64,000 nt of DNA from Eledone cirrhosa (lineage: Eukaryota): NCBI GenBank assembly GCA_964016885.1, contig OZ024754.1, positions 19,716,001 through 19,780,000 of the forward strand. The letters run 5' to 3'. Shown here in pieces: positions 1-14,000 of the stretch. The notes below the pieces were generated by a model. The model was not told the origin of the DNA and did not search any database. It saw only the letters and a program-made list of their open reading frames with translations. Numbering within the stretch: position 1 is the stretch's first letter; each line of letters opens with the position of its first letter. The position numbers and the translations under genes are program-made.

Positions 1-3000
1 CTTTAGTTTGAACACAGTCTTAGATCAAGTCACTTGCCAGACATGTACAACTGTGGCTAAAATAACTCTTCCATGATATAGTTACTTTAGTTTCAACACA
101 GTCTCAGATCAAGTCACTTGCCAGACATGTACAACTGTGGCTAAAATAACTCTTCCATGATATAGTTACTTTAGTTTCAACACGTTCACAGATCAAGTCA
201 CTTGCCAGACATATATAACTGTGGCTAAAATGACTATCCATGATATAGTTACTTTAGTTTCAACACAGTCACAGATCAAGTCACTTACCAGACATGTAAA
301 ACTGTAGCTAACATGACTCTTCCATGATATAGTTACTTTAGTTTCAACACAGTCTCAGATCAAGTGACTTTCTAGACATGTACAACTGTGGCTAAAATGA
401 CTCTTCCATGATATAGTTACTTTAGTTTCAACACAAACTCAGATCAAGTCACTTGTCAGACATCTACAACTGTGGCTAAAATGACTCTACCATGATATAG
501 TTACTTTAGTTTCAACACAGTCACAGATCAAGTCACTTGCCAGACATGTAGAAGTGTAGCAAAAATGACTCTTCAATGATATAGTTACTTTAGTTTCAAA
601 ACAATCTCAGATAAAGTCACTTGCCAGATATGTACAACTGTGGCTAAAATGACTCTTCCATGATATAGTTACTTTAGTTTCAACACAGTCTCAGATCAAG
701 TCACTTGCCAGACATGTTCAACTGTGGCTAATATGAATCATCCATGATATAGTTACTTTAGTTTGGACACAGTCTCAGATCAAGTCTCTTGCCAGACATG
801 TACAACTGTGACTAACCTGACTCTTCCATGATATAGTTACTTTAGTTTGTACACAGTCTTAGATCAAGTCACTTACCAGACATGTACAACTGAGGCTAAA
901 ATGACTCTTCCATGATATAGTTACTTTAGTTTCACCACAGTCACAGATCAAGTCACTTGCCAGACATGTACAACTGTGGATAAAATGACTCTTCCATGAT
1001 ATAGTTACTTTAGTTTCAACACAGTCACAGATCAAGTCACTTACCAGACATGTACAACTGTAGCTAAAATGACTCTTCCATGATATAGTTACTTTAGTTT
1101 CAACACAGTCTCAGATCAAGTGACTTGCCAGACATGTACATCTCTGGTTAAAATGAATCTTCCATGATATAGTTACTTTAGTTTCACCACAGTCACAGGT
1201 CAAGTCACTTGCATACATGTACAACTGTGGCTAAAATGACTCTTCTATGATATAGTTACTTTAGTTTCACCACAGTCACAGATCAAGTGACTTGCCAGAC
1301 ATGTACAACTGTGGCTAAAATGACTCTTCCATGATATAGTTACTTTAGTTTCAACACAGTCTCAGATCAAGTCACTTGCCAGACATGTACAACTGTAGCT
1401 AAAATTAATCTTCCATGATATAGTACTTTAGTTACAACACAGTCTCAGATCAAGTCACTTGCCAGACATGTACAACTGTGGCTAAAATAACTCTTCCATG
1501 ATATAGTTACTTTAGTTTCAACACAGTCTCAGATCAAGTCACTTGCCAGGCATCTACAACTGTGGCTAAAATGACTCTACCATGATATAGTTACTTTTGT
1601 TTCAACACGTTCACAGATCAAGTCACTTGCCAGACATGTACAACTGTGGCTAAAATGACTCTTCCATGATATAGTTAATTTAGTTTCAACACAGTCATTA
1701 ATCAAGTCAATTACCATGGATGTACAACTGTGGCTAAAATGACTCTTCCATGATATAGTTACTTTAGTTTCAACACAACCTCAGATCAAGTCACTTGTCA
1801 GACATCTACAACTGTGGCTAAAATGACTCTACCATGATATAGTTACTATAGTTTCAACACAGTCACAGATCAAGTCACTTGCCAGACATGTACAAGTGTA
1901 GCAAACATGTCTCTTCAATGATATAGTTACTTTAGTTTCAACACAGTCACAGATCAAGTCACTTGCCAGATATGTACAACTGTGACTAAAATGATTCTTC
2001 CATGATATAGTTACTTTAGTTTCAAAACAATCTCAGATAAAGTCACTTGCGAGACATGTACAACTGTGGCTAAAATGACTCTTCCATGATATAGTTACTT
2101 TAGTTTCAACACAGTCTCAGATCAAGTCACTTGCCAGACATGTACAACTGTGGCTAAAATAACCCTTCCATGATATAGTTACTTTAGTTTCAACACAGTC
2201 TCAGATCAAGTCACTTGCCAGGCATCTACAACTGTGGCTAAAATGACTCTACCATGATATAGTTACTTTTGTTTCAACACGTTCACAGATCAAGTCACTT
2301 GCCAGACATGTACAACTGTGGCTAAAATGACTCTTCCATGATATAGTTAATTTAGTTTCAACACAGTCAAAAATCAAGTCAATTACCATGGATGTACAAC
2401 TGTGGCTAAAATGACTCTTCCATGATATAGTTACTTTAGTTTCAACACAGTCTCAGATCAAGTCACTTACCAGACATGTACAACTGTGGCTAAAATGACT
2501 CTTCCATGATATAGTTACTTTAGTTTGAACACAGTCTTAGATCAAGTCACTTGCCAGACATGTACAACTGTGGCTAAAATAACTCTTCCATGATATAGTT
2601 ACTTTAGTTTCAACACAGTCTCAGATCAAGTCACTTGCCAGACATGTACAACTGTGGCTAAAATAACTCTTCCATGATATAGTTACTTTAGTTTCAACAC
2701 GTTCACAGATCAAGTCACTTGCCAGACATATATAACTGTGGCTAAAATGACTATCCATGATATAGTTACTTTAGTTTCAACACAGTCACAGATCAAGTCA
2801 CTTACCAGACATGTAAAACTGTAGCTAACATGACTCTTCCATGATATAGTTACTTTAGTTTCAACACAGTCTCAGATCAAGTGACTTTCTAGACATGTAC
2901 AACTGTGGCTAAAATGACTCTTCCATGATATAGTTACTTTAGTTTCAACACAAACTCAGATCAAGTCACTTGTCAGACATCTACAACTGTGGCTAAAATG

Positions 3001-4002
3001 ACTCTACCATGATATAGTTACTTTAGTTTCAACACAGTCACAGATCAAGTCACTTGCCAGACATGTAGAAGTGTAGCAAAAATGACTCTTCAATGATATA
3101 GTTACTTTAGTTTCAAAACAATCTCAGATAAAGTCACTTGCCAGATATGTACAACTGTGGCTAAAATGACTCTTCCATGATATAGTTACTTTAGTTTCAA
3201 CACAGTCTCAGATCAAGTCACTTGCCAGACATGTTCAACTGTGGCTAATATGAATCATCCATGATATAGTTACTTTAGTTTGGACACAGTCTCAGATCAA
3301 GTCTCTTGCCAGACATGTACAACTGTGACTAACCTGACTCTTCCATGATATAGTTACTTTAGTTTGTACACAGTCTTAGATCAAGTCACTTACCAGACAT
3401 GTACAACTGAGGCTAAAATGACTCTTCCATGATATAGTTACTTTAGTTTCACCACAGTCACAGATCAAGTCACTTGCCAGACATGTACAACTGTGGATAA
3501 AATGACTCTTCCATGATATAGTTACTTTAGTTTCAACACAGTCACAGATCAAGTCACTTACCAGACATGTACAACTGTAGCTAAAATGACTCTTCCATGA
3601 TATAGTTACTTTAGTTTCAACACAGTCTCAGATCAAGTGACTTGCCAGACATGTACATCTCTGGTTAAAATGAATCTTCCATGATATAGTTACTTTAGTT
3701 TCACCACAGTCACAGGTCAAGTCACTTGCATACATGTACAACTGTGGCTAAAATGACTCTTCCATGATATAGTTACTTTAGTTTCACCACAGTCACAGAT
3801 CAAGTGACTTGCCAGACATGTACAACTGTGGCTAAAATGACTCTTCCATGATATAGTTACTTTAGTTTCAATACAGTCTCAGATCAAGTCACTTGCCAGA
3901 CATGTACAACTGTAGCTAAAATTAATCTTCCATGATATAGTACTTTAGTTACAACACAGTCTCAGATCAAGTCACTTGCCAGACATGTACAACTGTGGCT
4001 AA
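1..4002. repeat. Block duplication, offset 2517 bp (30 monomers): ~1-1485 repeated at ~2518-4002
   Basis: The rare marker caagtctctt occurs at 781 and 3298. The window-start sequence recurs at 2518. Only isolated substitutions separate the copies. Confidence 0.85.
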
Positions 4003-5039
4003 AATCACTCTTCCATGATATAGTTACTTTAGTTTCAACACAGTCTCAGATCAAGTAACTTGTCAGACATGTACAACTGTGGCTAAAATAACTCTTCCAT
4101 GATATAGTTACTTTAGTTTCAACACGTTCACAGATCAAGTCACTTGCCAGACATATATAACTGTGGCTAAAATGACTATCCATGATATAGTTACTTTAGT
4201 TTCAACACAGTCACAGATCAAGTCACTTACCAGACATGTAAAACTGTAGCTAACATGACTCTTCCATGATATAGTTACTTTAGTTTCAACACAGTCTCAG
4301 ATCAAGTGACTTTCTAGACATGTACAACTGTGGCTAAAATGACTCTTCCATGATATAGTTACTTTAGTTTCAACACAAACTCAGATCAAGTCACTTGTCA
4401 GACATCTACAACTGTGGCTAATATGACTCTACCATGATATAGTTACTTTAGTTTCAACACAGTCACAGATCAAGTCACTTGCCAGACATGTAGAAGTGTA
4501 GCAAAAATGACTCTTCAATGATATAGTTACTTTAGTTTCAACACAGTCACAGATCAAGTCACTATCCAGACATGTACAACTGTGACTAAAATGATTCTTC
4601 CATGATATAGTTACTTTAGTTTCAAAACAATCTCAGATAAAGTCACTTGCCAGATATGTACAACTGTGGCTGAAATGACTCTTCCATGATACAGTTACTT
4701 TAGTTTCAACACAGTCTCAGATCAAGTCACTTGCCAGACATGTTCAACTGTGGCTAATATGAATCTTCCATGATATAGTTACTTTAGTTTGGACACAGTC
4801 TCAGATCAAGTCACTTGCCAGACATGTACAACTGTGGCTAACCTGACTCTTCCATGATATAGTTACTTTAGTTTGAACACAGTCTTAGATCAAGTCACTT
4901 ACCAGACATGTACAACTGAGGCTAAAATGACTCTTCCATGATATAGTTACTTTAGTTTCACCACAGTCACAGATCAAGTCACTTGCCAGACATGTACAAC
5001 TGTGGATAAAATGACTCTTCCATGATATAGTTACTTTAG

Positions 5040-8000
5040 TTTCAACACAGTCTCAGATCAAGTGACTTGCCAGACATGTACATCTCTGGTTAAAATGAAT
5101 CTTCCATGATATAGTTACTTTAGTTTCACCACAGTCACAGGTCAAGTCACTTGCATACATGTACAACTGTGGCTAAAATGACTCTTCCATGATATAGTTA
5201 CTTTAGTTTCACCACAGTCACAGATCAAGTGACTTGCCAGACATGTACAACTGTGGCTAAAATGACTCTTCCATGATATAGTTACTTTAGTTTCAACACA
5301 GTCTCAGATCAAGTCACTTGCCAGACATATACAACTGTAGCTAAAATTAATCTTCCATGATATAGTACTTTAGTTACAACACAGTCTCAGATCAAGTCAC
5401 TTGCCAGACATGTACAACTGTGGCTAAAATCACTCTTCCATGATATAGTTACTTTAGTTTCAACACAGTCTCAGATCAAGTCACTTGTCAGACATGTACA
5501 ACTGTGGCTAAAATGACTCTTCCATGATATAGTTACTTTAGTTTCACCACAGTCACAGATCAAGTCACTTGCCAGACATGTACAACTGTAGCTAAAATGA
5601 CTCTTCCATGATATAGTTACTTTAGTTTCAACACATTCAAAGATCAAGTCACTTGCCAGACATGTACAACAGTGGCTAAAATGACTCTTCCGTGATATAG
5701 TTACTTTAGTTTCAAAACAGTCTCAGATCAAGTGACTTGCCATACATGTACAACTGTGGTTAAAATGACTCTTCCATGATATAGTTACTTTAGTTTTACC
5801 ACAGTCACAGATCAAGTCACTTGCCATACATGTACAACTGTGGCTAAAATGACACTTCCATGATATAGTTACTTTAGTTTCAACACAGTCTTTGATCAAG
5901 TCACTTGCCAGACATGTACAACTGTGGCTAAAATGACTCTTCCATGATATAGTTACTTTAGTTTCAACACAGTGTCAGATAAAGTCACTTGCCAGACGTG
6001 TACAACTGTGGCTAAAATGACTGTTCCATGATATAGTTACTTTCGTTTCAACACAGTCTCAGATCAAGTCACTTGCCAGACATCTACAACTGTGGCTAAA
6101 ATGACTCTTCCATGATATAGTTACTTTAGTTTCAACACAGTCTCAGATCAAGTCACTTGCCAGACATCTACAACTGGGGCTAAAATGACTCTTCCATGAT
6201 ACAGCTACTTTAGTTTGAACACAATCTCAGATCACGTCACTGACCAGACATGTACAACTGTGGCTAAAATGACTCTTCCATGATATAGTTACTTTAGTTT
6301 CAACACATTCACAGATCAAGTCACTTGCCAGACATGTACAACTGTGGCTAAAATGACTATCCATGATATAGTTACTTTAGTTTCAACACAGTCTCAGATC
6401 AAGTGACTTGCCAGACATGTACATCTCTGGTTAAAATGAATCTTCCATGATATAGTTACTTTAGTTTCACCACAGTCACAGGTCAAGTCACTTGCATACA
6501 TGTACAACTGTGGCTAAAATGACTCTTCCATGATATAGTTACTTTAGTTTCACCACAGTCACAGATCAAGTGACTTGCCAGACATGTACAACTGTGGCTA
6601 AAATGACTCTTCCATGATATAGTTACTTTAGTTTCAACACAGTCTCAGATCAAGTCACTTGCCAGACATGTACAATTGTAGCTAAAATTAATCTTCCATG
6701 ATATAGTACTTTAGTTACAACACAGTCTCAGATCAAGTCACTTGCCAGACATGTACAACTGTGGCTAAAATCACTCTTCCATGATATAGTTACTTTAGTT
6801 TCAACACAGTCTCAGATCAAGTCACTTGTCAGACATGTACAACTGTGGCTAAAATGACTCTTCCATTATATAGTTACTTTAGTTTCACCACAGTCACAGA
6901 TCAAGTCACTTGCCAGACATGTACAACTGTAGCTAAAATGACTCTTCCATGATATAGTTACTTTAGTTTCAACACATTCAAAGATCAAGTCACTTGCCAG
7001 ACATGTACAACTGTGGCTAAAATGACTCTTCCGTGATATAGTTACTTTAGTTTCAAAACAGTCACAGATCAAGTCACTTGCCATACATGTACAACTGTGG
7101 CTAAAATGACTCTTCCATGATATAGTTACTTTAGTTTCAACACAGTCGCAGATCAAGTCACTTGCCAGACATGTACAACTGTAGCTAAAATGAATCTTCC
7201 ATGATATAGTACTTTAGTTACAACACAGTCTCAGATCAAGTCACTTGCCAGACATGTACAACTGTGGCTAAAATGACACTTCCATGATATAGTTACTTTA
7301 GTTTCAACACAGTCTTTGATCAAGTCACTTGCCAGACATGTACAACTGTGGCTAAAATGACTCTTCCATGATATAGTTACTTTAGTTTCAACACAGTGTC
7401 AGATAAAGTCACTTGCCAGACGTGTACAACTGTGGCTAAAATGACTGTTCCATGATATAGTTACTTTAGTTTCAACACAGTCTCAGATCAAGTCACTTGC
7501 CAGACATGTACAACTGTGACTAAATTGATTCTTCCATGATATAGTTACTTTAGTTTCAACACAATCTCAGATCAAGTCACTTGCCAGACATCTACAACTG
7601 TGGCTAAAATGACTCTTCCATGATATAGTTACTTTAGTTTCAACACAGTCTCAGATCAAGTCACTTGCCAGACATGTACAACTGTGGCTAAAATGACTAT
7701 CCATGATATAGTTAATTTAGTTTCAACACAGTCACAGATCAAGACACTTACCAGACATGTAAAACTGTAGCTAACATGACTCTTGCATGATATAGTTACT
7801 TTAGTTTCAACACAGTCTCAGATCAAGTCACTTGCCAGACATGTACAACTGTGGCTAAAATGACTGTTCCATGATATAGTTACTTTAGTTTCAACACAGT
7901 CTCAGATCAAGTCACTTGCCAGACATGTACAACATTTGCTAAAATGACTCTTCCATGATATAGTTACTTCAGATTTAACACAGTCTCAGATCAAGGCACT

Positions 8001-11000
8001 TGCCATACATGTACAACTGTGGCTAAAATGACTCTTCCATGATATAGTTACTTTAGTTTCAACACAGTCACAAATCAAGTCACTTACCATGGATGTACAA
8101 CTGTGGCTAAAATGACTCTTCCATGATATAGTTACTTTAGTTTCAACATAGTCTCAGATCAAGTCACTTGTCAGACATGTACAACTGTGGCTAAAATGAC
8201 TCTTCCATGATATAGTTACTTTAGTTTGAACACAGTCTTAGATCAAGTCACTTGCCAAACATGTACAACTGTGGCTAAAATAACTCTTCCATGATATAGT
8301 TACTTTAGTTTCAACACAGTCTCAGATCAAGTCACTTGCCAGGCATCTACAACTGTGGCTAAAATGACTCTACCATGATATAGTTACTTTAGTTTCAACA
8401 CATTCACAGATCAAGTCACTTGCCAGACATGTAAAACTGTAGCTAACATGACTCTTGCATGATATAGTTACTTTAGTTTCAACACAGTCTCAGATCAAGT
8501 CACTTGCCAGACATGTACAACTGTGGCTAAAATGACTGTTCCATGATATAGTTACTTTAGTTTCAACACAGTCTCAGATCAAGTCACTTGCCAGACATGT
8601 ACAACTGTGGCTAAAATGACTATCCATGATATTGTAATTTAGTTTCAACACAGTCACAGATCAAGACACTTACCAGACCTGTAAAACTGTAGCTAGCATG
8701 ACTCTTCCATGATATAGTTACTTTAGTTTCAACACAGTCTCAGATCAAGTGACTTTCCAGACATGTACAACTGTGGCTAAAATGACTCTTCCATGATATA
8801 GTTACTTTAGTTTCAACACAGTCACAGATCAAGTCACTTGCCAGACATGTACAACTGTGGCTAAAATGACTATCCATGATATAGTTAGTTTAGTTTCAAC
8901 ACAGTCACAGATCAAGACACTTACCAGACATGTAAAACTGTAGCTAACATGACTCTTGCATGATATAGTTACTTTAGTTTCAACACAGTCTCAGATCAAG
9001 TCACTTGCCAGACATGTACAACTGTGGCTAAAATGACTGTTCCATGATATAGTTACTTTAGTTTCAACACAGTCTCAGATCAAGTCACTTGCCAGACATG
9101 TACAACATTTGCTAAAATGACTCTTCCATGATATAGTTACTTCAGATTTAACACAGTCTCAGATCAAGGCACTTGCCATACATGTACAACTGTGGCTAAA
9201 ATGACTCTTCCATGATATAGTTACTTTAGTTTCAACACAGTCACAAATCAAGTCACTTACCATGGATGTACAACTGTGGCTAAAATGACTCTTCCATGAT
9301 ATAGTTACTTTAGTTTCAACATAGTCTCAGATCAGGTCACTTGTCAGACATGTACAACTGTGGCTAAAATGACTCTTCCATGATATAGTTACTTTAGTTT
9401 GAACACAGTCTTAGATCAAGTCACTTGCCAAACATGTACAACTGTGGCTAAAATAACTCTTCCATGATATAGTTACTTTAGTTTCAACACAGTCTCAGAT
9501 CAAGTCACTTGCCAGGCATCTACAACTGTGGCTAAAATGACTCTACCATGATATAGTTACTTTAGTTTCAACACATTCACAGATCAAGTCACTTGCCAGA
9601 CATGTACAACTGTGGCTAAAATGACTATCCATGATATTGTAATTTAGTTTCAACACAGTCACAGATCAAGACACTTACCAGACCTGTAAAACTGTAGCTA
9701 GCATGACTCTTCCATGATATAGTTACTTTAGTTTCAACACAGTCTCAGATCAAGTGACTTTCCAGACATGTACAACTGTGGCTAAAATGACTCTTCCATG
9801 ATATAGTTACTTTAGTTTCAACACAGTCACAGATCAAGTCACTTGTCAGACATCTACAACTGTGGCTAAAATGACTCTACCATGATATAGTTACTTTAGT
9901 TTCAACACAGTCACAGATCAAGTCACTTGCCAGACATGTACAAGTGTAGCAAAAATGACTCTTCAATGATATAGTTACTTTAGTTTCAACACAGTCACAG
10001 AACAAGTCACTTGCCAGACATGTACAACTGTGACTAGAATGATTCTTCCATGATATAGTTACTTTAGTTTCAAAACAATCTCAGATAAAGTCACTTGCCA
10101 GACATGTACAACTGTGGCTAAAATGATTCTTCCATGATATAGTTACTTTAGTTTCAACACAGTCTCAGATCAAGTCACTTGCCAGACATGTTCAACTGTG
10201 GCTAATATGACTCTACCATGATATAGTTACTTTTGTTTCAACACGTTTACAGATCAAGTCACTTGCCAGACATGTACAACTGTGGCTAAAATGACTCTTC
10301 CATGATATATGTTAATTTAGTTTCAACACAGTCTCAGATCAAGTGACTTGCCAGACATGTACATCTCTGGTTAAAATGAATCTTCCATGATATAGTTACT
10401 TTAGTTTCACCACAGTCACAGGTCAAGTCACTTGCATACATGTACAACTGTGGCTAAAATGACTCTTCCATGATATAGTTACTTTAGTTTCACCACAGTC
10501 ACAGATCAAGTGACTTGCCAGACATGTACAACTGTGGCTAAAATGACTCTTCCATGATATAGTTACTTTAGTTTCAACACAGTCTCAGATCAAGTCACTT
10601 GCCAGACATATACAACTGTAGCTAAAATTAATGTTCCATGATATAGTACTTTAGTTACAACACAGTCTCAGATCAAGTCACTTGCCAGACATGTACAACT
10701 GTGGCTAAAATCACTCTTCCATGATATAGTTACTTTAGTTTCAACACAGTCTCAGATCAAGTCACTTGTCAGACATGTACAACTGTGGCTAAAATGACTC
10801 TTCCATGATATAGTTACTTTAGTTTCACCACAGTCACAGATCAAGTCACTTGCCAGACATGTACAACTGTAGCTAAAATGACTCTTCCATGATATAGTTA
10901 CTTTAGTTTCAACACATTCAAAGATCAAGTCACTTGCCAGACATGTACAACTGTGGCTAAAATGACTCTTCCGTGATATAGTTACTTTAGTTTCAAAACA

Positions 11001-14000
11001 GTCTCAGATCAAGTGACTTGCCATACATGTACAACTGTGGTTAAAATGACTCTTCCATGATATAGTTACTTTAGTTTTACCACAGTCACAGATCAAGTCA
11101 CTTGCCATACATGTACAACTGTGGCTAAAATGACACTTCCATGATATAGTTACTTTAGTTTCAACACAGTCTTTGATCAAGTCACTTGCCAGACATGTAC
11201 AACTGTGGCTAAAATGACTCTTCCATGATATAGTTACTTTAGTTTCAACACAGTGTCAGATAAAGTCACTTGCCAGACGTGTACAACTGTGGCTAAAATG
11301 ACTGTTCCATGATATAGTTACTTTAGTTTCAACACAGTCTCAGATCAAGTCACTTGCCAGACATCTACAACTGTGGCTAAAATGACTCTTCCATGATATA
11401 GTTACTTTAGTTTCAACACAGTCTCAGATCAAGTCACTTGCCAGACATCTACAACTGGGGCTAAAATGACTCTTCCATGATACAGCTACTTTAGTTTGAA
11501 CACAATCTCAGATCACGTCACTGACCAGACATGTACAACTGTGGCTAAAATGACTCTTCCATGATATAGTTACTTTAGTTTCAACACATTCACAGATCAA
11601 GTCACTTGCCAGACATGTACAACTGTGGCTAAAATGACTATCCATGATATAGTTACTTTAGTTTCAACACAGTCTCAGATCAAGTGACTTGCCAGACATG
11701 TACATCTCTGGTTAAAATGAATCTTCCATGATATAGTTACTTTAGTTTCACCACAGTCACAGGTCAAGTCACTTGCATACATGTACAACTGTGGCTAAAA
11801 TGACTCTTCCATGATATAGTTACTTTAGTTTCACCACAGTCACAGATCAAGTGACTTGCCAGACATGTACAACTGTGGCTAAAATGACTCTTCCATGATA
11901 TAGTTACTTTAGTTTCAACACAGTCTCAGATCAAGTCACTTGCCAGACATGTACAACTGTAGCTAAAATTAATCTTCCATGATATAGTACTTTAGTTACA
12001 ACACAGTCTCAGATCAAGTCACTTGCCAGACATGTACAACTGTGGCTAAAATCACTCTTCCATGATATAGTTACTTTAGTTTCAACACAGTCTCAGATCA
12101 AGTCACTTGTCAGACATGTACAACTGTGGCTAAAATGACTCTTCCATTATATAGTTACTTTAGTTTCACCACAGTCACAGATCAAGTCACTTGCCAGACA
12201 TGTACAACTGTAGCTAAAATGACTCTTCCATGATATAGTTACTTTAGTTTCAACACATTCAAAGATCAAGTCACTTGCCAGACATGTACAACTGTGGCTA
12301 AAATGACTCTTCCGTGATATAGTTACTTTAGTTTCAAAACAGTCACAGATCAAGTCACTTGCCATACATGTACAACTGTGGCTAAAATGACTCTTCCATG
12401 ATATAGTTACTTTAGTTTCAACACAGTCGCAGATCAAGTCACTTGCCAGACATGTACAACTGTAGCTAAAATGAATCTTCCATGATATAGTACTTTAGTT
12501 ACAACACAGTCTCAGATCAAGTCACTTGTCAGACATGTACAACTGTGGCTAAAATGACTCTTCCATGATATAGTTACTTTAGTTTGAACACAGTCTTAGA
12601 TCAAGTCACTTGCCAAACATGTACAACTGTGGCTAAAATAACTCTTCCATGATATAGTTACTTTAGTTTCAACACAGTCTCAGATCAAGTCACTTGCCAG
12701 GCATCTACAACTGTGGCTAAAATGACTCTACCATGATATAGTTACTTTAGTTTCAACACATTCACAGATCAAGTCACTTGCCAGACATGTACAACTGTGG
12801 CTAAAATGACTATCCATGATATTGTAATTTAGTTTCAACACAGTCACAGATCAAGACACTTACCAGACCTGTAAAACTGTAGCTAGCATGACTCTTCCAT
12901 GATATAGTTACTTTAGTTTCAACACAGTCTCAGATCAAGTGACTTTCCAGACATGTACAACTGTGGCTAAAATGACTCTTCCATGATATAGTTACTTTAG
13001 TTTCAACACAGTCACAGATCAAGTCACTTGTCAGACATCTACAACTGTGGCTAAAATGACTCTACCATGATATAGTTACTTTAGTTTCAACACAGTCACA
13101 GATCAAGTCACTTGCCAGACATGTACAAGTGTAGCAAAAATGACTCTTCAATGATATAGTTACTTTAGTTTCAACACAGTCACAGATCAAGTCACTTGCC
13201 AGACATGTACAACTGTGACTAGAATGATTCTTCCATGATATAGTTACTTTAGTTTCAAAACAATCTCAGATAAAGTCACTTGCCAGACATGTACAACTGT
13301 GGCTAAAATGATTCTTCCATGATATAGTTACTTTAGTTTCAACACAGTCTCAGATCAAGTCACTTGCCAGACATGTTCAACTGTGGCTAATATGACTCTA
13401 CCATGATATAGTTACTTTTGTTTCAACACGTTTACAGATCAAGTCACTTGCCAGACATGTACAACTGTGGCTAAAATGACTCTTCCATGATATATGTTAA
13501 TTTAGTTTCAACACAGTCTCAGATCAAGTGACTTGCCAGACATGTACATCTCTGGTTAAAATGAATCTTCCATGATATAGTTACTTTAGTTTCACCACAG
13601 TCACAGGTCAAGTCACTTGCATACATGTACAACTGTGGCTAAAATGACTCTTCCATGATATAGTTACTTTAGTTTCACCACAGTCACAGATCAAGTGACT
13701 TGCCAGACATGTACAACTGTGGCTAAAATGACTCTTCCATGATATAGTTACTTTAGTTTCAACACAGTCTCAGATCAAGTCACTTGCCAGACATATACAA
13801 CTGTAGCTAAAATTAATCTTCCATGATATAGTACTTTAGTTACAACACAGTCTCAGATCAAGTCACTTGCCAGACATGTACAACTGTGGCTAAAATCACT
13901 CTTCCATGATATAGTTACTTTAGTTTCAACACAGTCTCAGATCAAGTCACTTGTCAGACATGTACAACTGTGGCTAAAATGACTCTTCCATGATATAGTT

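Noticed and set aside
1-84. Regulatory motifs (AP-1-like TGACTC, E-box-like CACTTG, CENP-B box)
   Set aside because: Short matches are expected by chance and have no gene context. The CENP-B box needs CpG dinucleotides that the consensus lacks.
5957-5995. V(D)J recombination signal: heptamer CACAGTG in a variant, CACAGTC in the consensus
   Set aside because: No ACAAAAACC-like nonamer lies at 12- or 23-bp spacing on either strand.
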